Part shown: one piece after another, positions 1 through 9,561 of the stretch | Position numbering within the stretch: position 1 is the first letter of the stretch | Layout: every line of letters begins with the position of its first letter | Program-made: the position numbers and the translations under genes | Assembly: GCF_000155895.1 (NCBI RefSeq) | Contig: NZ_DS995298.1 | Location: forward strand, 630,001-662,000 | DNA length: 32,000 nt | Direction of reading: 5' to 3' | From: Candidatus Pelagibacter sp. HTCC7211 | GTDB taxonomy: Bacteria > Pseudomonadota > Alphaproteobacteria > Pelagibacterales > Pelagibacteraceae | Notes under the pieces: model-generated | Told to the model about the DNA's origin: nothing | What the model saw: the letters and a program-made list of their open reading frames with translations, nothing else | Database searches by the model: none

Positions 1-141
1 ATCTAATTTAACATCCAAAACTTCAAATTTTCCATCATCTCTTTTTTCTAAGTTTTTTAACTCAGTTTCATTAATATCATCTAAGTAATGATTAACTTTA
101 AATGTACACGTATAATATGTCTCAACTAAATATTTTGCCAT
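1..141 (-). CDS. hypothetical protein, N-terminal part (gene runs off the window start)
   Basis: Minus-strand ATG at 141..139 with GAGG 4 nt upstream. Frame is open to the window edge: MAKYLVETYYTCTFKVNHYLDDINETELKNLEKRDDGKFEVLDVKLD... No family recognised. Confidence 0.4.
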   Translation of the reverse strand, partial: MAKYLVETYYTCTFKVNHYLDDINETELKNLEKRDDGKFEVLDVKLD

Positions 142-256
142 TTTTCCTCATTTTAAATTTATTGAACTTATGAATCAGACAATTTATTTATATACAAAAT
201 CACATTTTAGTCTAATTTAAATTTTACAATTTTTAATTGAATAAAAAAAATATTTT

Positions 257-616
257 ATGTTGACGCTTTTAAAAAAAATTTTCACTTGGTGGAATCAAGA
301 TACGTTTGGAACAAGATTAAAAACTATTTTTTTTGGAAAATTTGTTGGCGATGACGAGCTAGGCAACAAATACTATGAAAGCAAAAATGGAAAAAGATGG
401 GTAATTTATGCTGACTCTATTGACGCATCAAAAATTCCAGTTGAATGGTATTCTTGGATGCATTTTACTCCTAATAAAATCGAAAGAACACATAATCTAG
501 AAAAATATGACTGGCAAAAACCTCACCAATCAAATTTAACTGGAACAGAAGAGGCCTATTATCCAAATAAAAGCAAAAATGCCATTAAAAAGAAATATTC
601 TAGTTGGAAAGAGTAA
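257..616 (+). CDS. NDUFA12-like protein (NADH:ubiquinone oxidoreductase 17.2 kDa subunit family)
   Basis: 119 aa. FTWWN..TFGT...T...G..VG.D..GN.YYE...KRWVIY....DAS.IP.EW..W.H pattern matches bacterial NDUFA12 homologues common in alphaproteobacteria. Confidence 0.8.
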   Translation: MLTLLKKIFTWWNQDTFGTRLKTIFFGKFVGDDELGNKYYESKNGKRWVIYADSIDASKIPVEWYSWMHFTPNKIERTHNLEKYDWQKPHQSNLTGTEEAYYPNKSKNAIKKKYSSWKE

Positions 617-986
617 ATTAAATTTATTTTATTTTATTTTATTTATCTATCTTTTTTTGTGTAACTTTTCTTTTGCAAAAAATAATACAGAAGGTGTTTT
701 TACTGATCTAAAAATTTTAGACAAAATAAGCTCTAAAAATACTTTAATCCAATTAAAGAATGGTGAATTAGTAAAATTTAAAGACTTATCCATAAAAAGT
801 TTAAAATGTAAAAATTCAGAATTTGATGATAATCCAGAAATTACTGCATATATCCAGGTAAAAGATTTAACAGATCAAGATAAAGATGAAGTGTTTGTGT
901 TTAATGGATGGATGTTCTCCTCAAGTCCTTCGATAACTCCATTTGATCACCCCGTATATGATGTTTGGCTTGTGAATTGTTATTAA
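579..986 (+). CDS. DUF2155-like secreted protein
   Basis: 135 aa. N-terminal signal-like segment (basic n-region, hydrophobic core, ..SFA|KNN). The C-terminal PFDHPVYDVWL motif and its position just after the NDUFA12-like gene fit the DUF2155 family. ATG at 579 overlaps the upstream gene by 38 nt; no alternative ATG/GTG/TTG precedes the hydrophobic core. Confidence 0.6.
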   Translation: MPLKRNILVGKSKLNLFYFILFIYLFLCNFSFAKNNTEGVFTDLKILDKISSKNTLIQLKNGELVKFKDLSIKSLKCKNSEFDDNPEITAYIQVKDLTDQDKDEVFVFNGWMFSSSPSITPFDHPVYDVWLVNCY

Positions 987-2320
987 ACAATTGTATCATT
1001 ATCAAGCCAGCTTACATTAAAATCTGAGTTAATAAATTTTTTATGACTTAGTAACTTTTTATGTAGTGGAATAGTTGTAGTAATTCCTTCAATGACAAAC
1101 TCATCTAAAGATCTATTCATTCTTTGAATAGCCTCTGTTCTATTTCTTCCATGACAAATCAATTTACAGACCATACTGTCATAATAAGGTGTAACTTTAT
1201 ATCCTTGAAATATAGCTCCATCTACTCTTGTTCTAAAACCAGATGGTTGATGACACATGCTAATAACTCCTGGAGATGGCTGAAAATTTTTACTTGCATC
1301 TTCTGCATTAATTCTACATTCAATTGCGTGACCTCTAGGCTTTATATCATCTTGTTTAAGAGCTGTTTCTCCAGAAAAGGCAATCCAAATTTGTTCTTTA
1401 ATAATATCAATACCTGTAACCATCTCTGTTACAGGGTGTTCAACCTGAACTCTTGTGTTCATCTCCAAAAAGTAAAATTTTCCATCTTCATAAATAAACT
1501 CTACGGTTCCTGCCCCCATATAACCAATCTTACTTACCATTTGTACCGTTCTATCAAATAAATCTTTTCTAATTTCATCATTTAGAACTGGACTTGGTGT
1601 TTCTTCAATTAACTTTTGATGTCTTCTTTGAACAGAACAATCTCTTTCATGTAAATGAACGACGTTATTTTTACCTGCCAAGATTTGAACCTCAATATGT
1701 CTTGGGTTTTGAAAAAACTTTTCAATATAAACTTCGTCATTACCAAAATATTTTTGAGCCTCAGATTTTGCAGTTGAAAATAAATTTTCAAACTCTTCTT
1801 CTCTATGAACAATTTTCATACCTTTTCCACCGCCACCACCTGAAGCTTTAATTAAAACTGGAAAACCAATTTTTTTACATAATTCTTTAGCTTGAGCAAT
1901 GTCAGTCACACCACCCTCTGAACCTTCAATTACTGGTAGTCCATTCTCTTTTGCAATTCTTTTTGCTTGTATTTTGTCACCCATCATTTCTATATGCTTA
2001 GATGAGGCGCCAATAAAACCTATTTTGTTATCTTCAAGAATTTTAGCAAAATTAGAATTTTCAGATAGAAATCCATAACCTGGATGAACAGCATCCGAGT
2101 TAGTAAGCTCTATTGCTGACATTAAGTTTGGAATATTTAAATAGCTATTCGTTGGTTGATGCGATCCTATGCATACACTTTCATCAGCCATTCGAACATG
2201 CATACTGTCTCTATCAACATCAGAGTGTACAGCGACTGTAGGAATTCCCCATTCTTTACATGCTCTAATTATTCTAACTGCAATCTCCCCACGGTTTGCA
2301 ATTAAAATTTTTTTAAACAT
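983..2320 (-). CDS. accC: acetyl-CoA carboxylase, biotin carboxylase subunit
   Basis: 445 aa. MFKKILIANRGEIAVRIIRA N-terminus, ATP-grasp glycine loop KASGGGGGKGM, EMNTRVQVEHPVTE. Lies directly downstream of accB. Confidence 0.97.
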   Translation of the reverse strand: MFKKILIANRGEIAVRIIRACKEWGIPTVAVHSDVDRDSMHVRMADESVCIGSHQPTNSYLNIPNLMSAIELTNSDAVHPGYGFLSENSNFAKILEDNKIGFIGASSKHIEMMGDKIQAKRIAKENGLPVIEGSEGGVTDIAQAKELCKKIGFPVLIKASGGGGGKGMKIVHREEEFENLFSTAKSEAQKYFGNDEVYIEKFFQNPRHIEVQILAGKNNVVHLHERDCSVQRRHQKLIEETPSPVLNDEIRKDLFDRTVQMVSKIGYMGAGTVEFIYEDGKFYFLEMNTRVQVEHPVTEMVTGIDIIKEQIWIAFSGETALKQDDIKPRGHAIECRINAEDASKNFQPSPGVISMCHQPSGFRTRVDGAIFQGYKVTPYYDSMVCKLICHGRNRTEAIQRMNRSLDEFVIEGITTTIPLHKKLLSHKKFINSDFNVSWLDNDTIV

Positions 2321-2323
2321 TAT

Positions 2324-2758
2324 TTATTCTAAAATGATAATTGTTTGGCCAAATTCAACAGGATGACCATCTTCAACACAAATTTCTTTAACTATTCCAT
2401 CAGCTGTTGAAGGAACGTGATTCATTGTTTTCATAGCTTCAACAATCATTATGGTATCACCTTTTTTAATTTTTTTTCCAACTTCAACAAATTTCTTAGC
2501 ACCAGGTTCTGGTGCATGATATGCAGTCCCTATGATTGGTGATGTGATTTCAGTTCCAGAATTTATATTAGATTCACTATTAACAATTTCATTTTTTATA
2601 GCTGGAGAAACAGAAGCTGTTACTGGTTGATTATTGCTAGATACATTATTTTTTGAAACTTTGATTTTAGTATCTTTTTCTGTAATTTCTATTTCAGTAA
2701 GATTAAATTCATCTAAGTAGTCACTTAATTCTTTAATAATACTTTTATCTATTTTCAT
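2324..2758 (-). CDS. accB: acetyl-CoA carboxylase biotin carboxyl carrier protein
   Basis: 144 aa. C-terminal biotinyl domain with EAMKTMN biotinylation motif. Lies between aroQ and accC. Confidence 0.95.
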   Translation of the reverse strand: MKIDKSIIKELSDYLDEFNLTEIEITEKDTKIKVSKNNVSSNNQPVTASVSPAIKNEIVNSESNINSGTEITSPIIGTAYHAPEPGAKKFVEVGKKIKKGDTIMIVEAMKTMNHVPSTADGIVKEICVEDGHPVEFGQTIIILE

Positions 2759-3195
2759 TTTTGTAAGATCTTTTGTAATGAAATTATGGCTAAAATATAG
2801 CCTTCAGTCCCTAAACCAAAAATTCCTCCTGTTACTATATCGCTTATCAATGACTTTTGTCTGAATTCTTCTCTTTTATATATATTTGAAATATGTAGTT
2901 CAATTATTGGTTTTTTAAATAAATCAAGTGCGTCTCTAATAGCAACTGATGTATGCGTAAATCCTGCTGCATTTATTATCATTCCATCATATTCATTTCT
3001 GGCATTTTGAATCAAACTAACTAACTCACCTTCAATATTTGATTGAGTGAATTTTAATTCAATTCCAATCTCATTAGATTTTTTTATACAATTTTCCTCC
3101 AATTCTTTAAAAGTCGTTGATCCATATTGTGATTGTTCTCTTTCACCTAATAGATTAATATTTGGTCCATTAATAATAATTATTTTATTATTCAT
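2755..3195 (-). CDS. aroQ: type II 3-dehydroquinate dehydratase
   Basis: 146 aa. IIIINGPNINLLGERE N-terminus, INAAGFTHTSVAIRDA, ELHISNIYKREEFR. Overlaps the accB start by 4 nt (conserved aroQ-accBC arrangement). Confidence 0.95.
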   Translation of the reverse strand: MNNKIIIINGPNINLLGEREQSQYGSTTFKELEENCIKKSNEIGIELKFTQSNIEGELVSLIQNARNEYDGMIINAAGFTHTSVAIRDALDLFKKPIIELHISNIYKREEFRQKSLISDIVTGGIFGLGTEGYILAIISLQKILQK

Positions 3196-3211
3196 TCAAC
3201 ACTTATATACG

Positions 3212-3430
3212 ATGCAAAAAATAAAAAAAATACAAATTAGAGTAAATGGTAAAGTTAAATCTATTCCAGTAAAACATAGTATATCAGACTTAGTTAAAAA
3301 TCTTAATATTCCAATAAAAAAAGTAGCAATTGAATATAATCAGGAAATAATAGATAAAAAAAAAATTAATAGAATTATTCTAAAAAAAAATGACAAAATT
3401 GAAATAGTTCATTTTATTGGAGGTGGATAA
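3212..3430 (+). CDS. thiS: thiamine biosynthesis sulfur-carrier protein ThiS
   Basis: 72 aa from the ATG at 3212. Ubiquitin-like size, ends in ...HFIGGG (C-terminal Gly-Gly), immediately upstream of thiG. The longer 3047 start in the ORF track would overlap aroQ on the opposite strand and is rejected. Confidence 0.85.
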   Translation: MQKIKKIQIRVNGKVKSIPVKHSISDLVKNLNIPIKKVAIEYNQEIIDKKKINRIILKKNDKIEIVHFIGGG

Positions 3431-4207
3431 GTGAAAACTGAAAAATTAATAATTGCAAAAAAAAAATTTAGTTCTCGGTTAATTGTTGGAACTGGCAAGT
3501 ACAAAAGTATGTCTGAATGTGCAAAAGCTATTAAACTTTCTGGGGCTGAAATTGTAACTGTTGCAGTTAGAAGAGTTAACATAACTGATAAAAATAAACC
3601 TCTTCTGATGGATTACATTGATCCAAAAAAAATAACATATTTACCAAATACAGCAGGATGCTTTACTTCAAAAGAGGCATTAAGAACTTTGAGACTTGCT
3701 AGAGAAATAGGAGGCTGGAAGTTAGTTAAATTAGAGGTTCTTGGAGATAAGCAAAATTTATTTCCTGATATGATAGAAACTTTGAAATCTACAGAAGTTT
3801 TAGCTAAAGAAGGATTTAAAGTTATGGTTTACTGTAATGATGATCCTTTAATGGCTAAACGATTAGAAAATTCTGGAGCCGATGCAATAATGCCTTTAGC
3901 TGCACCAATCGGATCGGGCTTAGGTATTCAAAATAAAACAAATATTAAGATTATTAGAAATCAAACCAAGTTACCTTTAATTATAGATGCTGGCTTAGGT
4001 CAAGCATCTGATGCAACCATTGCTATGGAGTTAGGTTGTGATGGAGTTTTGGTTAATACAGCAATAGCTAAAGCAAAAAAACCATTTGACATGGCTCTTG
4101 CATTTAAAAACGCTGTAATTTCAGGTCGACAATCTTACTTAGCTGGACGAATTGATAAATATTTGTATGGAAATGCTTCTTCTCCAAAAACTGGTATAAT
4201 CAAATAG
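3431..4207 (+). CDS. thiG: thiazole synthase ThiG
   Basis: 258 aa, GTG start directly after the thiS stop. GTGKY, VAVRR, LPNTAGC, KLEV..D...L.PD, MPL..PIGSG.G, DAG.G..S.A..AMELG.DGVL.NTAIA are all ThiG hallmarks. Confidence 0.95.
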   Translation: MKTEKLIIAKKKFSSRLIVGTGKYKSMSECAKAIKLSGAEIVTVAVRRVNITDKNKPLLMDYIDPKKITYLPNTAGCFTSKEALRTLRLAREIGGWKLVKLEVLGDKQNLFPDMIETLKSTEVLAKEGFKVMVYCNDDPLMAKRLENSGADAIMPLAAPIGSGLGIQNKTNIKIIRNQTKLPLIIDAGLGQASDATIAMELGCDGVLVNTAIAKAKKPFDMALAFKNAVISGRQSYLAGRIDKYLYGNASSPKTGIIK

Positions 4208-6026
4208 TAGCTGATTTTTTAGTATATTTTTTTTTAAAGTAAGGTTTCTTTTTAAATGGTTTATTTGAAAATTTTTTATTTTCTTTTTTTTCAGTAGTTT
4301 TTTCTTCTTTTAATTGTATTTCCAGATTTTTTAGTTTTTCATAATGTTCAATTAGCTCTATAGTTTTTTTTGACTTATTTTGAATATTAATGATGTATTC
4401 AGGAATAATAAGAGATGAATCACTGACAATATCAATAGTCATTTTATTTTTCTTCTCAAAATACGTTAAGTCATCAACAAAGTTTTCTTTTAAAAAGTCA
4501 GAAATTTTTTCACAAACTCTTAGTTCAACAAATTTTGCTTTGTTAATTACTGCTTTTAATTCAACAGTTTTGAGCAATTTTTGAGCAAATGATTCATCTG
4601 TTAAAGTTACTTTCCATTTAATTGCACTTTCTCTAAGTCTCTGTCTGGACATTTCTAGTAGTCCAAAATTACTTATTCTTCCAATCTGAATTCTTGCTCT
4701 ATCAGTTCTACATTTTTCTTTAAGTTTTCTTTCAACCAATCTTCTGTTTGCGTAGCTTAACATGTCAATAAAATCGATAATGATTAATCCTGATAAATCT
4801 CTTATTTTTATTTGCCTAGCAATTTCTTTTGCTGCTTCAATATTTGTATCCAAAGCCGTACTTTCAACATTTTTTCCTTTGATTGAGCTACCTGAATTGA
4901 TATCAATTGAAACTAAAGCTTCAGTTGGATTAATTACTAAATATCCTCCTGATTTAAGTTTTATTTCTGAGTCAAATATTTGATTTAATTTTTGTTCTAT
5001 ATTCTGATTTATAAACAATGGAACTTTACCTCTATATTTCTTAACTTTTTTAACATGAGATGGCATAATCATTTTCATGAAAGCCTGAGCTTTTTTATAT
5101 CCTTCATTTCCTTCAACAATAATATTTTGTGTATTGTCATCATACATATCTCTTAATGTTCTTTTAATAATTTCACTTTCTTGATGTATAAGTGACGGAG
5201 CTATAGAATTTATTGCATTATCTTTTATCTGGCTCCATGTCTTTATAAGTGTGTCTAGATCATTATTAATTTCATTTTTAGTTTTATTGCTACCTGCAGT
5301 TCTTACAATTAGACCCATCTCTTTTGGTATCTCAATTTCATTTAAAATAGTTCGAATTTTTTTTCTGTCTGATGGATTAAATATTTTTCTAGATATTCCT
5401 CCACCTTTTGGAGTATTGGGCATTAAGACAATATATTTTCCAGCAATTGATATGAATGTGCTTAATGCAGCACCTTTTTGTCCTCTTTCATCTTTAATTA
5501 CCTGAACAAGAATAACCTGATTAGGTTTTATGACTTCTTGTATCTTATATCTTTTAAATCTAAATTTATTTTCTTTCTTTTGTTCTTTTTCTTCAATGGC
5601 ATTATTTTTTTGGTCTATTTCATCATCTTTTTCCTCAGAAATTTCTTTTTCTACATCTATAGGATCATTTTCTTCAAGTTTTCCTTCAGCAATATTTTCT
5701 TCTTCTTTTGCTTGAACTTCTCTAGAAAGCTCTTCTCTTGCTTTTTCCTCCTCTTCCTTGATTTTTTCTAAGTCAGCTTTTGGTATTTGATAATAATCTG
5801 ACTGAATATCATTAAATGATAAAAAACCATGTCTTTCTCTACCAAAATCAATAAACGCAGCTTGTAGTGATGGTTCTATTCTACTAACTTTTCCTAAATA
5901 AATATTATTTTTTATTAGGTTATTTTTTAAACCTTCGTATTCGTAATCTTCAATATTGTCATCGGATTTAAGAACAACTCTAGTTTCATTTGGATGCGAT
6001 GCATCGATATATAAATTTTTTTCCAT
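4200..6026 (-). CDS. rne: ribonuclease E/G family endoribonuclease (RNase E-like, short form)
   Basis: 608 aa. N-terminal S1 domain ([25 protein letters not shown] ... KGAALST), catalytic core ([52 protein letters not shown]). E/K-rich insertion in the S1 domain; short lysine-rich C-terminal tail. Confidence 0.9.
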   Translation of the reverse strand: MEKNLYIDASHPNETRVVLKSDDNIEDYEYEGLKNNLIKNNIYLGKVSRIEPSLQAAFIDFGRERHGFLSFNDIQSDYYQIPKADLEKIKEEEEKAREELSREVQAKEEENIAEGKLEENDPIDVEKEISEEKDDEIDQKNNAIEEKEQKKENKFRFKRYKIQEVIKPNQVILVQVIKDERGQKGAALSTFISIAGKYIVLMPNTPKGGGISRKIFNPSDRKKIRTILNEIEIPKEMGLIVRTAGSNKTKNEINNDLDTLIKTWSQIKDNAINSIAPSLIHQESEIIKRTLRDMYDDNTQNIIVEGNEGYKKAQAFMKMIMPSHVKKVKKYRGKVPLFINQNIEQKLNQIFDSEIKLKSGGYLVINPTEALVSIDINSGSSIKGKNVESTALDTNIEAAKEIARQIKIRDLSGLIIIDFIDMLSYANRRLVERKLKEKCRTDRARIQIGRISNFGLLEMSRQRLRESAIKWKVTLTDESFAQKLLKTVELKAVINKAKFVELRVCEKISDFLKENFVDDLTYFEKKNKMTIDIVSDSSLIIPEYIINIQNKSKKTIELIEHYEKLKNLEIQLKEEKTTEKKENKKFSNKPFKKKPYFKKKYTKKSATI

Positions 6027-6129
6027 AATAATTTGATTGATTGTTTCATTAGATAATTTGTTGTTTATAAAATTTTGTATAATTTACGTGCCTTATCTTT
6101 AACAAATTCCAGGATATAATGATATCAAA

Positions 6130-8466
6130 ATGAATAAATTATTTAAGAATATACTGTTAATTTCACTATCTTTTCTTCTGTTACTTGGAATTTTACTTTT
6201 TAGCGTTTTATGGAATTTTTCTAACAATATACCTGACTACAAATTCCTTAAAAATTACAAACCACCTGTTTCAAGCAAAGTATACTCTGGTAATGGAGAG
6301 TTAGTTGCCGATTTTTCAAAAGAAAAAAGAATTTTTATTCCATATAATTCAATTCCAAAAAATGTTGTTCATGCATTTTTGTCAGCTGAAGATAAAAATT
6401 TTTTTTCACATCCTGGTGTGGATGCAAAAGGAGTATTAAGGGCTGTGATAAACAATATATCAAATATTATTTCATCTCAAAGACTTGAGGGCGCCTCAAC
6501 AATAACTCAACAAGTGGCAAAGAACTTCTTGTTAACTAATGAAGTAAGTCTTAATAGAAAAATTAAAGAGGCAATCTTGGCATTTAGAATAGAAAGAGCC
6601 TTATCAAAAGAAAGAATTTTAGAATTATATCTAAATCAAATTTATCTTGGTAGTGGAGCCTATGGAGTTGCTGCTGCAAGTTTGAGATATTTTGACAAAT
6701 CTATTAAAAATTTAGATTATGCTGAGGCAGCTTTACTAGCAGCTCTTCCAAAAGCTCCTAGTAAATATAACCCTTATCGAAATATTGAGTTAGCTAAATT
6801 TAGAAGGGATTTGGTTTTAAAAAATTTATTAGAAAATAAATATATAAACCAAAAACTTTACAAAGATCTTAAAAATAAAAAAATTAAACTAAATAAATCA
6901 AAAAAAGTTTTTTTAGAGGATGCACAATACTACATTGAAGATGTAAGAAAAAAAGTTATTAATACTCTTACTTATGATAAAGTTTACAATCAAGGCTTTA
7001 ACATAAACACACCTATTAATTTAGAATTTCAAAAAATTGCAACAGAATCATTACGGAATGGACTTATTACTTTTGACAAACGAAAAGGTTGGAGAGGACC
7101 ATTAACAAATAAAAAATATTCAAATAATTGGAATGCAGATTTAGAAAAATTTACTTTAGAAAGATCTTTAAATTGGAAACTGGCAATTATAAAAAAATTA
7201 AATAAATTTTCTGCCGAAATTGAAACAGAAGATAAACTAGATGGAAAAATAAAATTTAAAGATATTTCTTGGACCAAAAAAGAATTTAAAAAATTATTAA
7301 AAAAAGGTGATATAGTTTATGTAAAAAGAATTAATGAAAATACTTATAGTTTAAAACAACTACCAAAAATTAACGGAGGTATTGTTGTTATGGATCCTTA
7401 TACAGGTAGAGTTTTAGCTTTAAGCGGTGGTTTTAGTTTTAAAAAAAGTGAATTTAATAGAGCTTCACAAGCTTTAAGACAGCCAGGATCAGCATTTAAG
7501 CCATTTGTTTACGCGCTTGCTTTAGAAAACAATTATACACCAACATCACTAATTTTAGATGCTCCAATTGTTCTTGATCAGGGAGATGATCTAAAAATGT
7601 GGAAACCTGAAAATTATGGTAAAAAATTTTATGGTCCTTCGACATTAAGAGTTGGTTTGGAAAAATCTAGAAATTTAATGACAGTTAGAATTGCTCAGAA
7701 CTTAGGTCTTTCAAAAATTATAGATTTATCAAAAGATTTGGGTATTTATGACAATCCAGAAAAACTTTTATCAATTTCTCTTGGGTCAGCTGAAACAACT
7801 TTATTAAAATTAACTTCTGCTTATTCTGTTTTTGTTAACGGAGGTAAACTTGTTAATCCAATACTTATAGACAGAATTCAAGACAGTGAAGGAATAACTA
7901 TTTTTAATAATGAAAAAAGAAAATGTATCAATTGTGATAAAATTTCCTACTTAGGAAAAGATTTTCCAATTATTGAAGATAGTTATAAAGAGATATTTTC
8001 TCCTCAAACAGCTTATCAAATGACTTCTATACTTGAAGGAGTTGTTCAAAGAGGAACTGCAAAAAAAATAAGAGATCTTAATTTAAATATTGCTGGCAAA
8101 ACTGGAACAACAAATAAAAATACAGATACTTGGTTTATTGGATTTACATCTAATTTATTAATTGGAGTTTATGTTGGATCAGACAATCCCACATCTTTAG
8201 GAAAATATGAAACAGGTTCAAAAACAGCATTACCAATCTTTAAAGAGTTTATCGAAAAGTCAGTAAAAAAATCTGATGCAAGACCATTTAAAGCTGCGGA
8301 TGGTACCATTATGATGGTTGTCGATCCAAATACAGGACAAAAAGCAAAATTTACATCAAAAAATACTATAATTGAAGTTTATAAGAAACAAAATGTAGTT
8401 GATGGAAAAGTGCTATATTCAAATAATAATAGATTAGATACAAATAATATATTAAAGTTTTATTAA
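6130..8466 (+). CDS. mrcA: penicillin-binding protein 1A (bifunctional transglycosylase/transpeptidase)
   Basis: 778 aa. N-terminal membrane anchor. GT51 motifs EDKNFFSHPGVD, GASTITQQ, RKIKEA. Transpeptidase motifs SAFKPF (SxxK), KSRN (SxN), KTGTT. Confidence 0.93.
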   Translation: MNKLFKNILLISLSFLLLLGILLFSVLWNFSNNIPDYKFLKNYKPPVSSKVYSGNGELVADFSKEKRIFIPYNSIPKNVVHAFLSAEDKNFFSHPGVDAKGVLRAVINNISNIISSQRLEGASTITQQVAKNFLLTNEVSLNRKIKEAILAFRIERALSKERILELYLNQIYLGSGAYGVAAASLRYFDKSIKNLDYAEAALLAALPKAPSKYNPYRNIELAKFRRDLVLKNLLENKYINQKLYKDLKNKKIKLNKSKKVFLEDAQYYIEDVRKKVINTLTYDKVYNQGFNINTPINLEFQKIATESLRNGLITFDKRKGWRGPLTNKKYSNNWNADLEKFTLERSLNWKLAIIKKLNKFSAEIETEDKLDGKIKFKDISWTKKEFKKLLKKGDIVYVKRINENTYSLKQLPKINGGIVVMDPYTGRVLALSGGFSFKKSEFNRASQALRQPGSAFKPFVYALALENNYTPTSLILDAPIVLDQGDDLKMWKPENYGKKFYGPSTLRVGLEKSRNLMTVRIAQNLGLSKIIDLSKDLGIYDNPEKLLSISLGSAETTLLKLTSAYSVFVNGGKLVNPILIDRIQDSEGITIFNNEKRKCINCDKISYLGKDFPIIEDSYKEIFSPQTAYQMTSILEGVVQRGTAKKIRDLNLNIAGKTGTTNKNTDTWFIGFTSNLLIGVYVGSDNPTSLGKYETGSKTALPIFKEFIEKSVKKSDARPFKAADGTIMMVVDPNTGQKAKFTSKNTIIEVYKKQNVVDGKVLYSNNNRLDTNNILKFY

Positions 8467-9561
8467 TGGATATTAAATATCAAGATTATAAAAAAGAAAT
8501 AGAAAAGATAAATCAAAGAGTTAAGGAGTATCTTTGAGCAAAATGATATTAATATAAAGCTTGAAAAATTAAACAATAAAATGTTAGAGGCCAATTTTTG
8601 GCAAGACAAAAATAATTCTAAAAATATTATTAAAGAAAAAAAATTATATGAGGATTTGTTGAATATACACAAAGCTTCTATTGAAAAACTAATTGATTTA
8701 AATGATATAAGTGAATTAGCTGCAGAAGAAGAAAATCAGGCTGTTCAAAAAGAAATATTACAAAATATAAAAGATCTTAGAGATTTAGTTAAAACGAATG
8801 AAATTAAATGCTTTTTATCTAATGAGACAGACTCTCTTGATTGTTACATAGAAATTCACGCAGGTGCCGGAGGTACAGAAAGCCAAGATTGGGCTGAAAT
8901 GTTAAGAAGAATGTATTTAAAATGGGCTGATCAAAAAAATTTCAAATCAAATTTAATTAGTGAACATAAAGGAGATGAAGCAGGAATAAAATCATCAACT
9001 ATAAAAATAGAGGGAGATTACGTATTTGGATGGCTTAAAAAAGAGTCAGGTATTCACAGATTAGTTAGAATCTCTCCATTTGACTCAGGCGCAAGAAGAC
9101 ACACAAGTTTTGCAAGTATTTGGGTATATCCTGTAGTAGATGAAAACATAAATATTGAGATAATCGAAAAAGATTTAAGAATCGACACATACCGTTCTAG
9201 TGGAGCAGGAGGTCAACACGTAAACACTACAGATAGCGCAGTGAGAATTACTCATATTCCCTCAAAAATTGTAGTCCAATGTCAAAATGAAAGATCTCAA
9301 CATAAAAATAAAGAAACATGTATTAATATGTTAAAAGCTAGATTGTATGATTATGAGATTAAAAAAAAAGAACAAAAGAATCAAAATACAGAAAATTCTA
9401 AATCTGAAATTGGATGGGGGCACCAAATAAGATCATATGTTTTACAACCATATAGACTCGTAAAGGATAATAGAACAAATTTTGAAAGTACAAATCCCGA
9501 CAAAATTTTAGATGGTGAAATTGATGGTTTCTTAGAACAATCTCTTTATCAAATTAAATGA
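8466..9561 (+). CDS. prfB: peptide chain release factor 2, with programmed +1 frameshift (join 8466..8534, 8536..9561)
   Basis: Frame-0 ORF MDIKYQDYKKEIEKINQRVKEYL ends at the in-frame TGA 8535..8537. A shift of +1 at CTT-T continues as EQNDINIKLEKLNNKMLEANFWQD..., joining the 326-aa ORF in the track. That ORF carries the RF2 SPF motif (RISPFDSGARRHTSF) and GGQ (SGAGGQHVN). Confidence 0.95.
8523..8538 (+). other. prfB autoregulatory +1 frameshift site (SD-like AAGGAG, TAT spacer, slippery CTT-TGA-G)
   Basis: AAGGAG TAT CTT TGA G. Same layout as the classical E. coli site AGGGGG TAT CTT TGA C: internal Shine-Dalgarno 3 nt before the CUU-UGA slippery site. Confidence 0.9.

Noticed and set aside
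1124-2366. Plus-strand ORFs 1124..1561, 1594..1851 and 2169..2366, and minus-strand ORF 1609..1812, inside accC
   Set aside because: They lie antisense to, or out of frame with, a strongly conserved biotin carboxylase. Their translations are low-complexity with no recognisable motifs, as expected for shadow ORFs in AT-rich DNA.
3047-3211. Long N-terminal extension of thiS (ORF track start at 3047)
   Set aside because: It would overlap aroQ by about 150 nt on the opposite strand. ThiS proteins are about 65-75 aa, and the ATG at 3212 gives a 72-aa product.
4390-5771. Plus-strand ORFs within rne (4390..4584, 4762..4983, 5251..5505, 5478..5771, 5530..5715)
   Set aside because: They are antisense shadows of the RNase E gene. 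The Phe/Ser-rich ones mirror its Glu/Lys-rich insertion.
6027-6129. rne 5' leader as an autoregulatory structured UTR
   Set aside because: It is only about 100 bp, shared with the divergent PBP1A promoter. I could not see a convincing stem-loop by eye, so there is not enough evidence to report one.
8463-8672. Minus-strand 69-aa ORF across the prfB 5' region
   Set aside because: The region is fully explained by the frameshifted prfB N-terminus. The antisense translation is hydrophobic low-complexity.
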